Positions 16,813 through 25,855 of a stretch of DNA of 64,000 nucleotides are shown here, piece after piece; the first letter of the stretch is position 1, and each line of letters opens with the position of its first letter. The position numbers and the translations under genes were made by a program. The notes under the pieces were generated by a model. It had not been told where the DNA came from. It ran no database searches and worked only from the letters and a program-made list of their open reading frames with translations. The DNA is from Patescibacteria group bacterium (GTDB lineage Bacteria; Patescibacteriota; Minisyncoccia; Phycocordibacterales; JAKAEA01). The stretch is from NCBI GenBank assembly GCA_040387855.1, contig JAZKCY010000001.1, positions 718,922-782,921 on the forward strand, written 5' to 3'.

Positions 16813-17499
16813 TTATGGTTTTAAGAACATATTAAATTCATCACTCAAGAATGTTGAAGTAATTAAATAGACAATTAACCATGCAGAAAGAATAATAATA
16901 AATCCAATCATTACTTTGCCGGCAATTTCTTTTGCCTGCGTAACTTTTGAAGCATTGCCGCCAGCAGTGAGCAACAAAATTCCCACATAGGTAAATGCAA
17001 TTACGGTGAGTGGAATCGAAATCGTAAACATCACATTGATAAGATTTTGTATTAGAATTACAACATCATTGAAACCACATTCTTTATATTTATCATTAGC
17101 AGCAGTAAGTGCATCATCTGCCGCCCCATCAGATGGGTCAACACCTTCAAATCGAGCTTTTATTGTTTGCCCTTTTGTAAGAACTGTACCATTGTAATCA
17201 TATGTCTCACCTGTATAGGTAACATCATAATCTACTCCATGACTAACATTGTTTCTAAGATCTGGTGGAGTACCTTTATTTATCTTAAATCTATTGGCTG
17301 GAATGTATTCTCCTCCCACATTAAATTGAGCATGTTCATCATATACCTTTTGGTATGCTGTTTCTGCTTCACCAGAATATTGAGTTCCATTACAAGGAAT
17401 TATTGCTGAGAGCTGAGCTTGTGCAATAAGTGGAACTCCAACCAAAAGGAAGACTGCGAAGCAAAAACTTATTACTGATGTGAACGTGATTTTTTTCAT
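16813..17499 (-). CDS. TrbC/VirB2-like pilin-family protein, paralog 5 (larger extracellular N-domain)
   Basis: The 228-aa product has a signal peptide, an extracellular domain of about 130 aa, and the 2-TM module 'ISIPLTVIAFTYVGILLLTAGGNASKVTQAKEIAGKVMIGFIIILSAWLIV'. Confidence 0.65.
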   Translation of the reverse strand: MKKITFTSVISFCFAVFLLVGVPLIAQAQLSAIIPCNGTQYSGEAETAYQKVYDEHAQFNVGGEYIPANRFKINKGTPPDLRNNVSHGVDYDVTYTGETYDYNGTVLTKGQTIKARFEGVDPSDGAADDALTAANDKYKECGFNDVVILIQNLINVMFTISIPLTVIAFTYVGILLLTAGGNASKVTQAKEIAGKVMIGFIIILSAWLIVYLITSTFLSDEFNMFLKP

Positions 17500-17501
17500 A
17501 T

Positions 17502-18809
17502 TTATTTTACAGCCGAAATTGAATCCACCATTTCTCCATGGGCTTGTTGAATAGCATTCTCAACTCCCATTCGATTTGAAGTTACTGACTCGATCATATC
17601 TTTGAAAATAATCGCAGACTTTTTGTAATCAGGATCTAGCCACCCTCGAGAAATAAGTGCTGATGTAGCAAAAATATTTGATTCAGCTTTACTAGCATCA
17701 ATTCCTAATGAATCTCTTCGTACTGAAGGTAATGTAGTTTGCTTCACCCAAGTTGGGATTAGTTTAGCTGATGTAAGCAATCGCATAGCTTTCATTGTAG
17801 CAGCAGGATTTCGTGTACTTCGTGCGATAGATAATCCCGACATTTTTCCATAGGTCATATTGTTTGCAGCAACTCCTGTCTGAGGTTTACGTTGAGGAAT
17901 AACTGCAACATCATAATTAAGATTTGGATTTCGAATACTAATTTCCCTAAATTCACTTGCTAAGCCAAAATACACAGCTAATCTATTTGAAGTGAAATAT
18001 GTTTTTGCATCAGGAAGTGATCGATTCCAGCTATATACCTGCTTTATAGGATTAGCAAATTGCGTGTAAAACGATAATGCCGAGTTTGCAGGTGATAATG
18101 CATTTGAAGAAGCTGCTGTTGTAAGTGTAGCTCGAAGATTACCATTATTTTTAACAGTAATCGGATTACCTGCTTGCATCATAAGAAGACTCAATGTCTC
18201 TTTTGCATGAGTAATATTAGTATATTCCCCTAGTCCCACAGCACTCTGGATAATGTTTGTGGCTGCATCTTTTTTAGTAAGTTCCAATGGCAATGCTAGA
18301 AAATCTTCCCAATACTTTGGAGGAGTAGAAATAAGCGCATTAGTAAATATGTCTCTATTCCAATACATAACCATTGGATCTACAGCAAATGGTAATGCCA
18401 AAACTCCTGTTGAATCTAAGTATAGTTCACCTTCTTGAATAAATGTTGTTTTAAACTCTTTTTCCGGATAACTATCGTATGGAATCTGAGTGATTTTACT
18501 CTTGAATAGCCAAACCATGTCGTGTGGAAGTAACAAAATATCTGGACCTGTCCCACTTACAAGGGACTCAACATAATTTTGATACATTGTTTCAGGACGA
18601 AGCTGACGGTAAGTAAATGTAAATTCTTCATTTGATGAAGCTTGCGCAATTTTAAGATAGTCACTTACCATTCCTCCATCAAGAGTTCCCCAGATTTTTA
18701 CATTGTAGGTAGTGTCCTTTGTCCCTCCTTTATAAAGGGCAAACAACGTAAGACCACCTGCCACTGCTGCTATAAATATTCCAAATACTACAATCTGAAA
18801 TTTAGACAT
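17502..18809 (-). CDS. membrane-anchored extracellular solute-binding protein (ABC-transporter SBP family 1-like), orphan
   Basis: The 435-aa product has an N-terminal TM anchor and an SBP_bac_1-like fold ('VLALPFAVDPMVMYWNRDIF'). It is co-oriented with the pilin array, 2 nt upstream. No permease or ATPase gene is in the window. Confidence 0.6.
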   Translation of the reverse strand: MSKFQIVVFGIFIAAVAGGLTLFALYKGGTKDTTYNVKIWGTLDGGMVSDYLKIAQASSNEEFTFTYRQLRPETMYQNYVESLVSGTGPDILLLPHDMVWLFKSKITQIPYDSYPEKEFKTTFIQEGELYLDSTGVLALPFAVDPMVMYWNRDIFTNALISTPPKYWEDFLALPLELTKKDAATNIIQSAVGLGEYTNITHAKETLSLLMMQAGNPITVKNNGNLRATLTTAASSNALSPANSALSFYTQFANPIKQVYSWNRSLPDAKTYFTSNRLAVYFGLASEFREISIRNPNLNYDVAVIPQRKPQTGVAANNMTYGKMSGLSIARSTRNPAATMKAMRLLTSAKLIPTWVKQTTLPSVRRDSLGIDASKAESNIFATSALISRGWLDPDYKKSAIIFKDMIESVTSNRMGVENAIQQAHGEMVDSISAVK

Positions 18810-18811
18810 TG

Positions 18812-19342
18812 TTAATTTTTTCTTACGACAAACCCATAATGATGATCCCCTGCATCCATGGTGTTCACAGATACAAATCCATGTTTCTTAAAAAGCTCCG
18901 TAGCCACATCTTCAGTAACCACATGATCTGGATGTGGTCCAAGGCCTCCAAATGACTCTGCCCAATCGACAACAAGAACTCTTCCTCCTGATTTCAAGAT
19001 TCGCTTTACTTCAATAATAAAATCATCCTTCTTTTCAACTTGAAATAGTATGTTGCATACAAATGCAACATCTATAGATTGATCTTTAAGTCGAGTTCCG
19101 CCGAGCCGTTCTATATCACCGTGAATTATTTCAACGTTTGTGTAGTGAGCTGCATGAGCAGAGCTTTTAATGCGAGTAAGTAATTCTTGCTGCACATCGA
19201 TTGCATATACTCTTCCGCCAGCACCCACGGTATGAGCAGCAGCTAGTGTATAGAATCCCGAACCAGCTCCAAGATCTGCAACATACGATCCTTCAGCCAA
19301 ACCTAAACTATCAATATTTTTTTGCGGATCTGAAAATGCCAT
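18812..19342 (-). CDS. class I SAM-dependent methyltransferase
   Basis: The 176-aa product has motif I 'VADLGAGSGFYT', an acidic motif II 'VYAIDV', and 'GGRVLVVDW'. Confidence 0.8.
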   Translation of the reverse strand: MAFSDPQKNIDSLGLAEGSYVADLGAGSGFYTLAAAHTVGAGGRVYAIDVQQELLTRIKSSAHAAHYTNVEIIHGDIERLGGTRLKDQSIDVAFVCNILFQVEKKDDFIIEVKRILKSGGRVLVVDWAESFGGLGPHPDHVVTEDVATELFKKHGFVSVNTMDAGDHHYGFVVRKN

Positions 19343-19396
19343 AATATTTCTATTATAGCAGCCTCAGCATAAATATATAAGGAATAGTTATCAACA

Positions 19397-21877
19397 CTAG
19401 AGAACCACCGCACTTGCGATACCATCACCTTCTCGCATTTTCATAATTCGAACGCCCTGAGTCTGTCGTCCTAATGATGGAATTTCTTTAATATCCACAC
19501 GAATTACCTGACTCTTCTTAGACATTGCTACAAGTTCTGATTCTTCTTCGCCTGGAGCTACAACCTTTGAGGCAATAACATCACCAGTTTTTGTGGTAAC
19601 TTGAGCAGTTTTAATACCAGATCCACCTCGTTTCTGAACTTTGTATTCCTTGAGATCTGTTTTCTTTCCGTATCCATTTGCCATAACCACGAGAAGTTCT
19701 GGGTTTTTGAAATCTTTCTTCACAACATCAGCACCAATAACAGCATCACCCTTATCGAGTCGCATACCAGTTACTCCAGCTGCACCACGGCCCATTTCTC
19801 GCACATCAGACTCCTTAAATCGAATAGATTGGCCCTTAGAAGTAATAACAACCATGTCATCACCCTTATCTACATATGATACTGAAATAAGCTGATCTTG
19901 AGGAGCAAGTTTGATAGCAATAATTCCAGATCGTCGCACGTCATGGAAGCTTTCTCCAGCAACTTTCTTTGCAATACCATCACGAGTTACCATAAGAAGT
20001 GAAACAGAACTATTCTTAATTTCCTTTGGCATAGGCAAAATAGATGTAACACGCTCGCCTTGCTCGATTGCTAAGAAGTTCATAATAGACTTACCCTTTG
20101 TAGCTCGTCGGCCTTCAGGAATTTCATACATTTTCATCTGGTATGCCTTACCTTTATCAGTGAAGAACAAAAGATCGCTGTGAGTATTTGTTGTAATAAG
20201 CTGAGTTACAAAATCCTCTTCCTTTGTATCAAGGTCAACTACACCCACACCACCTCGCTTTTGCTTGCGGTATTCTTCTGGATCTGTGCGCTTGATATAA
20301 CCTCCAGATGTAAGCACAAGTACGGCTTCTTCATCTGATACAAGATCAATTTCTGAGAATGACTTCGCAGCACTCTTTACAACACGAGTTCGTCGATCAT
20401 CACCATACTTTTCTTTAATTTCAGAAAGTTCTGTCTTAATAATAGTAAGAATTCGCTTCTGATTTCCAAGAATATCTCGAAGGTCTTTGATAAGTGCCTG
20501 AATAGCTTTAAGTTCATCTTCGAGTTTCTGACGTTCAAGACCTGCAAGTTTTTGCAATCGCATTTCCAAAATAGCAGTTGCCTGTCGTTCTGAAAACTTG
20601 AACTCTTTCATCAAGTTGGCATGAGCTGTGGGAGTATCTTTTGATTTCTTGATGAGTTTGATAATTTCATCAATATGATCAAGAGCTTTCTTGAGACCAA
20701 TTAAGATGTGCTCTCGTTCTTCGGCTTTTCGTAAATCATATTCTGTTCGTCGTCGAATAACACTAATTCGGTGTTTAACGAATTCTTGGAGAATAGATTT
20801 AAGAGAAAGTGTTTGTGGCACTCCATCAATAAGGCCCACGGCATTCAAGTGGAATGTTTCTTCAAGCTGAGTGTGTTTGTATAAAAAGTTTAAAACACTC
20901 TGTGGATTTGCTCCAGATTTTAGATCAATAGCAATTCGGATGTCTTTTGTTGATTCATCTCGAAGACCTTTAATGCCTTCAAGCTTTTTGTCGCGTACTA
21001 AATCCGCAATCGACATAATAAGGTTTGCCTTATTAACTCGATATGGAATTGAGGTAATAATAATTTGAAAGTTGTCTGATTTGTTTTCAATAATTTCAGC
21101 TTCTCCTCGAGTTACGATTCCCCCCTTACCAGTTGCATATGCATGATGAATTTCTTTTTCACCATAAATAGTTCCTCCTGTTGGAAAATCGGGACCCTTA
21201 ATAAACTGTACAAGATCTTCTGTTGTAGCATCTTTGTTATCTACAAGGTGCATAGTTGCATCCACAACTTCTCGAAGATTGTGTGGAGGCATGTTTGTTG
21301 CCATACCCACGGCAATTCCAAGCGTTCCGTTTAATAGAAGATTGGGCACAGCAGTTGGAAGCACCATAGGTTCTTTCAAGGTGTTGTCATAGTTTGGACG
21401 CCAATCAACAGTCTCTTTTGTGATATCACGTAGAAGTTCAGCAGTAATTCGTGACATCTTTGCTTCGGTATATCGCATAGCAGCTGGTGAATCTCCGTCG
21501 ATAGATCCGAAGTTTCCTTGGCCCCAAATAAGTGGATAGCGCATACCGAAATCTTGAGCAAGGTTTACGAGCGCTCCGTATACGTTTGTTTCTCCGTGAG
21601 GGTGGTAGTTACCTGAAGTATCTCCGGCAATCTTTGCACACTTTCGAAACTTTGCTCCGGCTGTAAGGCCTAGTTCATGCATTACAAACAAAATACGTCG
21701 TTGTACAGGCTTTAATCCGTCTCGAATATCAGGAAGGGCTCGATCAGTAATAACTGACATAGCGTAATCGATATACGAATCACGCATTTCACTAATAATA
21801 CTTCTATCAACTACATTAATTCGAGTTTCAGGTACAGACGGTTCCCCTTCAGTTTTTTTGTTCGGTTTTTCTGCCAT
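19397..21877 (-). CDS. gyrA: DNA gyrase subunit A
   Basis: The 826-aa product has the N-terminal breakage-reunion domain ('[12 protein letters not shown]', '[10 protein letters not shown]') and C-terminal beta-pinwheel repeats. Confidence 0.95.
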   Translation of the reverse strand: MAEKPNKKTEGEPSVPETRINVVDRSIISEMRDSYIDYAMSVITDRALPDIRDGLKPVQRRILFVMHELGLTAGAKFRKCAKIAGDTSGNYHPHGETNVYGALVNLAQDFGMRYPLIWGQGNFGSIDGDSPAAMRYTEAKMSRITAELLRDITKETVDWRPNYDNTLKEPMVLPTAVPNLLLNGTLGIAVGMATNMPPHNLREVVDATMHLVDNKDATTEDLVQFIKGPDFPTGGTIYGEKEIHHAYATGKGGIVTRGEAEIIENKSDNFQIIITSIPYRVNKANLIMSIADLVRDKKLEGIKGLRDESTKDIRIAIDLKSGANPQSVLNFLYKHTQLEETFHLNAVGLIDGVPQTLSLKSILQEFVKHRISVIRRRTEYDLRKAEEREHILIGLKKALDHIDEIIKLIKKSKDTPTAHANLMKEFKFSERQATAILEMRLQKLAGLERQKLEDELKAIQALIKDLRDILGNQKRILTIIKTELSEIKEKYGDDRRTRVVKSAAKSFSEIDLVSDEEAVLVLTSGGYIKRTDPEEYRKQKRGGVGVVDLDTKEEDFVTQLITTNTHSDLLFFTDKGKAYQMKMYEIPEGRRATKGKSIMNFLAIEQGERVTSILPMPKEIKNSSVSLLMVTRDGIAKKVAGESFHDVRRSGIIAIKLAPQDQLISVSYVDKGDDMVVITSKGQSIRFKESDVREMGRGAAGVTGMRLDKGDAVIGADVVKKDFKNPELLVVMANGYGKKTDLKEYKVQKRGGSGIKTAQVTTKTGDVIASKVVAPGEEESELVAMSKKSQVIRVDIKEIPSLGRQTQGVRIMKMREGDGIASAVVL

Positions 21878-21886
21878 AAAATATTG

Positions 21887-22300
21887 TTAGTAGGTATATG
21901 AGTAATCGGATAAGTCGGTGTCTACCTGACCTGGATCAGTAATAATAACATCGTTTGAAATAAATGAATCTTGCTGTTGAGGGATATTATTTGTTGAGGA
22001 TTCAACTTGAACTCCTGCTTCGTTTGATTTCATAAGATCCTCAAAACCCACATCTAAGTTATTTTGTAGAGATTCAAATGGTGATGCGGCCTGACTTCGT
22101 TGAGCTTCTTGAACAAACTCTTCTTGAGAAGCTTCAATCTCATCTACACGAGTCAAAATATAGAGTGGAGAAAATCGTACTGAAAACGTCATGAGCCAAA
22201 TTCCAGCAATAACAACCATACATCCCGATGAAACAGCAAATGCTATTTGCTTTTTCTTGTGGTCTGGCTTTTCACTTAACGAATCAATATATTTTCGCAT
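21887..22300 (-). CDS. hypothetical small membrane protein
   Basis: The 137-aa product has one TM helix 'IAFAVSSGCMVVIAGIWLMTF' and an acidic C-terminal tail. Confidence 0.5.
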   Translation of the reverse strand: MRKYIDSLSEKPDHKKKQIAFAVSSGCMVVIAGIWLMTFSVRFSPLYILTRVDEIEASQEEFVQEAQRSQAASPFESLQNNLDVGFEDLMKSNEAGVQVESSTNNIPQQQDSFISNDVIITDPGQVDTDLSDYSYTY

Positions 22301-22306
22301 ACGTAG

Positions 22307-22975
22307 TTAACTAATAGATAGTACTACAATTTCGGCTTCTTTGCCTTCTAAATCTTTTTTCTTAATCGTAAGTTTATCTATCGGTTTTACCGCATCACCA
22401 CCTCCTTCCTTTAAGAATACCTTGAGTGAGTCCTTATCGCCAGTGTCAGCGCCCATTGGAATTATCACCTTTGGAGAAAACTGTAATGCTAATTTATAAG
22501 AATCCGCAGGAGACAACACCCCATTACCTCCCATAGGGACAAATAAGATATCTACTTCATTCATTGCTTCTTTTGCTTCTGTAGTGAGTGCCACACTATC
22601 AAGTGCTCCTAAAATACAAATATTTATACTATCTAAATTCAGGGTATATACAGTGTTAATCTTCTTTTCACCTCCATAATTTGATTCTGAAGGAAAGCCT
22701 TTTATAAACACTCCTTTAATTTCATACTCACCAGGACCGGTAACAACAAAAGGTTGTTTATCACCAAAACCAAGCTGATCAGCACCATTAAAATCTTCGT
22801 GATTAATAGAAATAAGGGCAATATCCGCACCAAAACGAGCTGTTTTTAGCTTTGAATCTTTTGAGATAGGATTTACCGCCACCACCATGTCGCCAAACTG
22901 TAACTTAAAAAATTGATTTCCGTGATATGTAACGATCATATGCATATAGTATAGCAAATTACATAGAAACTTCAC
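22307..22975 (-). CDS. metallo-beta-lactamase-fold metal-dependent hydrolase (UPF0173-like)
   Basis: The product reads 'MIVTYHGNQFFKLQFGDMVVAVNP...', typical of MBL-fold hydrolases. The real start is probably the Met at 22939. Confidence 0.65.
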   Translation of the reverse strand: MKFLCNLLYYMHMIVTYHGNQFFKLQFGDMVVAVNPISKDSKLKTARFGADIALISINHEDFNGADQLGFGDKQPFVVTGPGEYEIKGVFIKGFPSESNYGGEKKINTVYTLNLDSINICILGALDSVALTTEAKEAMNEVDILFVPMGGNGVLSPADSYKLALQFSPKVIIPMGADTGDKDSLKVFLKEGGGDAVKPIDKLTIKKKDLEGKEAEIVVLSIS

Positions 22976-23105
22976 ATCCCCTTAATACCTTTACTTTTCC
23001 TTATTTTCCTGTATAGTAGCTGAGTCATTTTATTAGCACTGGCAAAGCGTAATCCTAGGCTCGATAGTCACGAAAGTAAGCCTAGACCGTGAACCACATT
23101 TAACT

Positions 23106-24248
23106 ATGGCAACAAAAACCACTGAGGTTACAGAGGAACCTGTAATCGCACAAGAAGAGAAGGAAGTAAAACCAAAGAAGGAGACACAGATGTCTAAAAT
23201 CTTGTCTGAGTCTATGACTCCCCCTTCAGTTGGAGATATCGTTGAAGGACCAGTTATTGGTATTGAAAAGAGCTCAATCTTTATTGACCTCCATCCATAC
23301 TCAACTGGTATTATCTATGGCCGTGAATTTATCGCAGCTCGAGATATTATCAAGAAAATTGGCCTAGGAGACCGCGTAAGTGCAAAAGTTGTTGATACCA
23401 ACAATGCCGAAGGATATATTGAGCTTTCTTTGAAAGAAGCAAAGCAAGCAATGATCTGGGGCGAAGCAAACGATGCTATCCGAGATCGACGAATCTTCGA
23501 ACTTCCAGTTACTGAAGCAAACAAAGGAGGTCTTATCATCAACTGGCAAGGTATTCAGGGCTTTCTCCCTGCCTCACAGCTTAAGGCTGAACACTACCCA
23601 CGTGTTGCTGATGGTGACAAAGACAGAATTCTAGAAGAACTTAAGAAACTTGTTGGAACACGCATTGAAGTATCTATTATTTCAGCGCTTCCAAAAGAAG
23701 GAAAACTTATCTTCTCAGAAAAGAATCTCCAGGAAAAAGATAAAGAAAAGATCATTGGTAAGTACAAGATTGGCGACGATGTAGAAGGTGAAGTAACAGG
23801 AATCGTAGACTTCGGAGTATTCGTGAAAATCGAAGACGGACTTGAAGGACTTGTTCACATCTCAGAAATCGATTGGTCACTTGTTGAAGATCCAAAGCAG
23901 CTCTTCAAGGTAGGTCAGAAAGTGAAAGTAAAAGTTATTGAAATCAAAGATAACAAAGTATCACTTTCTATCAAAGCTCTTAAAGAGAATCCTTGGAAAG
24001 AGGCTACAGCTAAGTATAAAAAAGATGATACTGTGCAGGGCGTTATTATTAAATACAATAAGCACGGCGCATTAGCATCTATTGAAGAAGGAATCGCAGG
24101 ACTTGTTCATATCTCAGAATTTGGTAGTGAAGAAAAGCTCCGACAAGCATTAGAGCTTGGAAAGAGTTATGACTTCAAGATCACGCTCTTTGATCCAAAG
24201 GAACAAAAGATGGCGCTCTCATATTCAACAAAAGAAGCTAAGAAATAA
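23106..24248 (+). CDS. rpsA: 30S ribosomal protein S1 (short, four S1 domains)
   Basis: The 380-aa product has repeated S1/OB domains ('GDDVEGEVTGIVDFGVFVKIEDGLEGLVHISEI'). Confidence 0.85.
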   Translation: MATKTTEVTEEPVIAQEEKEVKPKKETQMSKILSESMTPPSVGDIVEGPVIGIEKSSIFIDLHPYSTGIIYGREFIAARDIIKKIGLGDRVSAKVVDTNNAEGYIELSLKEAKQAMIWGEANDAIRDRRIFELPVTEANKGGLIINWQGIQGFLPASQLKAEHYPRVADGDKDRILEELKKLVGTRIEVSIISALPKEGKLIFSEKNLQEKDKEKIIGKYKIGDDVEGEVTGIVDFGVFVKIEDGLEGLVHISEIDWSLVEDPKQLFKVGQKVKVKVIEIKDNKVSLSIKALKENPWKEATAKYKKDDTVQGVIIKYNKHGALASIEEGIAGLVHISEFGSEEKLRQALELGKSYDFKITLFDPKEQKMALSYSTKEAKK

Positions 24249-24265
24249 TTTCTTTACTTCGAAAA

Positions 24266-24302
24266 CAAAAACCTCTCATAATTATGAGAGGTTTTTGTTT
24301 TA
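24266..24302 (+). terminator. rho-independent terminator after rpsA
   Basis: Stem aaaacctctcataa/ttatgagaggtttt followed by a T-run. Confidence 0.7.
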
Positions 24303-24351
24303 TTGACTTAGATATCTATTTGAGTAATCTTCTGGTTAGAAGGAGAATTCC

Positions 24352-24555
24352 ATGCGATTCATGTTTTCTGCCAATGACTGCTTCGAGATGCTGATTGTCG
24401 TACTAAAAGGCACTGCTCTACTCTGCGGTTTTATGGTGATGATGGCTATACTTGCGATCTTGGTTAAGATTTGCGAACGCAAAGAACCGAAGTCATATGG
24501 ATTCCCTGTCATCATGCCGGCACAGCCGCCGAGCAATCACGTCCCACCAACGTGA
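24352..24555 (+). CDS. small hydrophobic peptide (67 aa), hypothetical
   Basis: A strong SD 'AGGAGA' lies 7 nt upstream. The stop codon is embedded in a terminator hairpin (atcacg-tcccaccaa-cgtgat-ttttttat, 24536-24564). One TM segment reads 'GTALLCGFMVMMAILAILV'. GC is moderately elevated. Confidence 0.4.
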   Translation: MRFMFSANDCFEMLIVVLKGTALLCGFMVMMAILAILVKICERKEPKSYGFPVIMPAQPPSNHVPPT

Positions 24556-24570
24556 TTTTTTATATAAAAT

Positions 24571-25200
24571 TTAATTAAACTTCTCCATTGCTCGCTCTTT
24601 GGTCTCAAACATAATTAGTTCAAGAGCTTCAGCAACATCTTTGGCTATTTTATTGAGTTCTTCGAGTTCGTTTTTCTTAAAGGGCCCAATGATAAACTTC
24701 TCAACATCCGTTTCACCTTGAGGCTTTTTGGGCTTGCCAGCAGGTGTTAGAGGGCATATTCCCACTCGCACACGAATGAATTCCTGCGTCTTCACTGATT
24801 TGATAATTGATTCAACTCCCCTATGTCCTCCAGAACTTCTATTAAATGAAATCTTAATGCTGCCTAATGGCAAATCTAAATCATCATAAATCACAATAAT
24901 GTTGTGCGCTTTCTTAGTTGCACTTGCTTTTGACGTGAGCATTCCGATTCCTGCAAGTGTTGCAACACTCGAACCTGAACGATTCATAAAATTATTTGGC
25001 TCAACTAACTCAACATTCTCTGTAGTATTCCCAACAGTAATCTCTCCCTTAGATACAAGAGCTTTGCTTTTTATATGCTGTTTAAATTCTGGTAGAGCAT
25101 GCTTTTGTGCAAAATATTCTAAAACAATTCGGCCAGCATTGTGACGAGTATCTTTATATTCTTCACCAGGATTTCCGAGTCCAACAATAATATATGACAT
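24571..25200 (-). CDS. pth: peptidyl-tRNA hydrolase
   Basis: 'IVGLGNPGEEYKDTRHNAGRIVLE' is the canonical Pth N-terminus. The product is 209 aa. Confidence 0.9.
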   Translation of the reverse strand: MSYIIVGLGNPGEEYKDTRHNAGRIVLEYFAQKHALPEFKQHIKSKALVSKGEITVGNTTENVELVEPNNFMNRSGSSVATLAGIGMLTSKASATKKAHNIIVIYDDLDLPLGSIKISFNRSSGGHRGVESIIKSVKTQEFIRVRVGICPLTPAGKPKKPQGETDVEKFIIGPFKKNELEELNKIAKDVAEALELIMFETKERAMEKFN

Positions 25201-25276
25201 AATAATATTGTGTCACTGATTCGTCTCTTGTGTCAAATAGATCCATGTATTAAAATTATGCTCAATAAATAAACAA

Positions 25277-25849
25277 ATGAATCCTGAAAATAATAATGAA
25301 GTTAAAAAAGAAAGTTTCTGGGGTGAAATAATAAAATTTACACTGTTTGCTCTTTTAATCGTACTGCCTATCCGACTTTTCATAGCACAACCTTTCATTG
25401 TAAGTGGAGCATCTATGGATCCTGCTTACGAAACTGGTGAATATCTTATTGTTGATCAATTGAGCTATCACCTCAATGATCCTGCTCGCGGTGATGTAGT
25501 TATCTTTAAGTATCCTAAGGATGAAACAAAATACTTTATCAAGCGAGTAATTGGTCTTCCTGGTGACACAGTTCAGATTGATGGAACTCAAGTAATAATA
25601 TTTAATGATGCAAATCCTGATGGATTAAAACTTCGTGAACCATACATTTCATTTGCGAATGAAAAAGAAGATTCACTACGCGTGACTCTTAAAGATGATC
25701 AATATTTCGTTATGGGCGATAACAGACGGCAAAGCTCAGATTCACGATCATGGGGAACGCTTCCTCGTGAACTTATTGTAGGAACTCCTTTTATCCGTCT
25801 CTTCCCATTGAATAAAATAAGTGTTTTCCCAGGGGAATTTAACCTTTAA
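25277..25849 (+). CDS. lepB: signal peptidase I
   Basis: Box motifs 'SGASMDP', 'GDVVIFKYP', 'KRVIGLPGDTV' and 'YFVMGDNRRQSSDSRSWG' are present. Confidence 0.9.
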   Translation: MNPENNNEVKKESFWGEIIKFTLFALLIVLPIRLFIAQPFIVSGASMDPAYETGEYLIVDQLSYHLNDPARGDVVIFKYPKDETKYFIKRVIGLPGDTVQIDGTQVIIFNDANPDGLKLREPYISFANEKEDSLRVTLKDDQYFVMGDNRRQSSDSRSWGTLPRELIVGTPFIRLFPLNKISVFPGEFNL

Positions 25850-25855
25850 TCTTTA

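Noticed and set aside
22976-23105. Possible structured rpsA leader (inverted repeat cctaggct...agcctagac)
   Set aside because: A 7-bp stem with a 21-nt loop upstream of rpsA could be an S1 autoregulatory element, but the pairing is short and I cannot assess conservation from one sequence.
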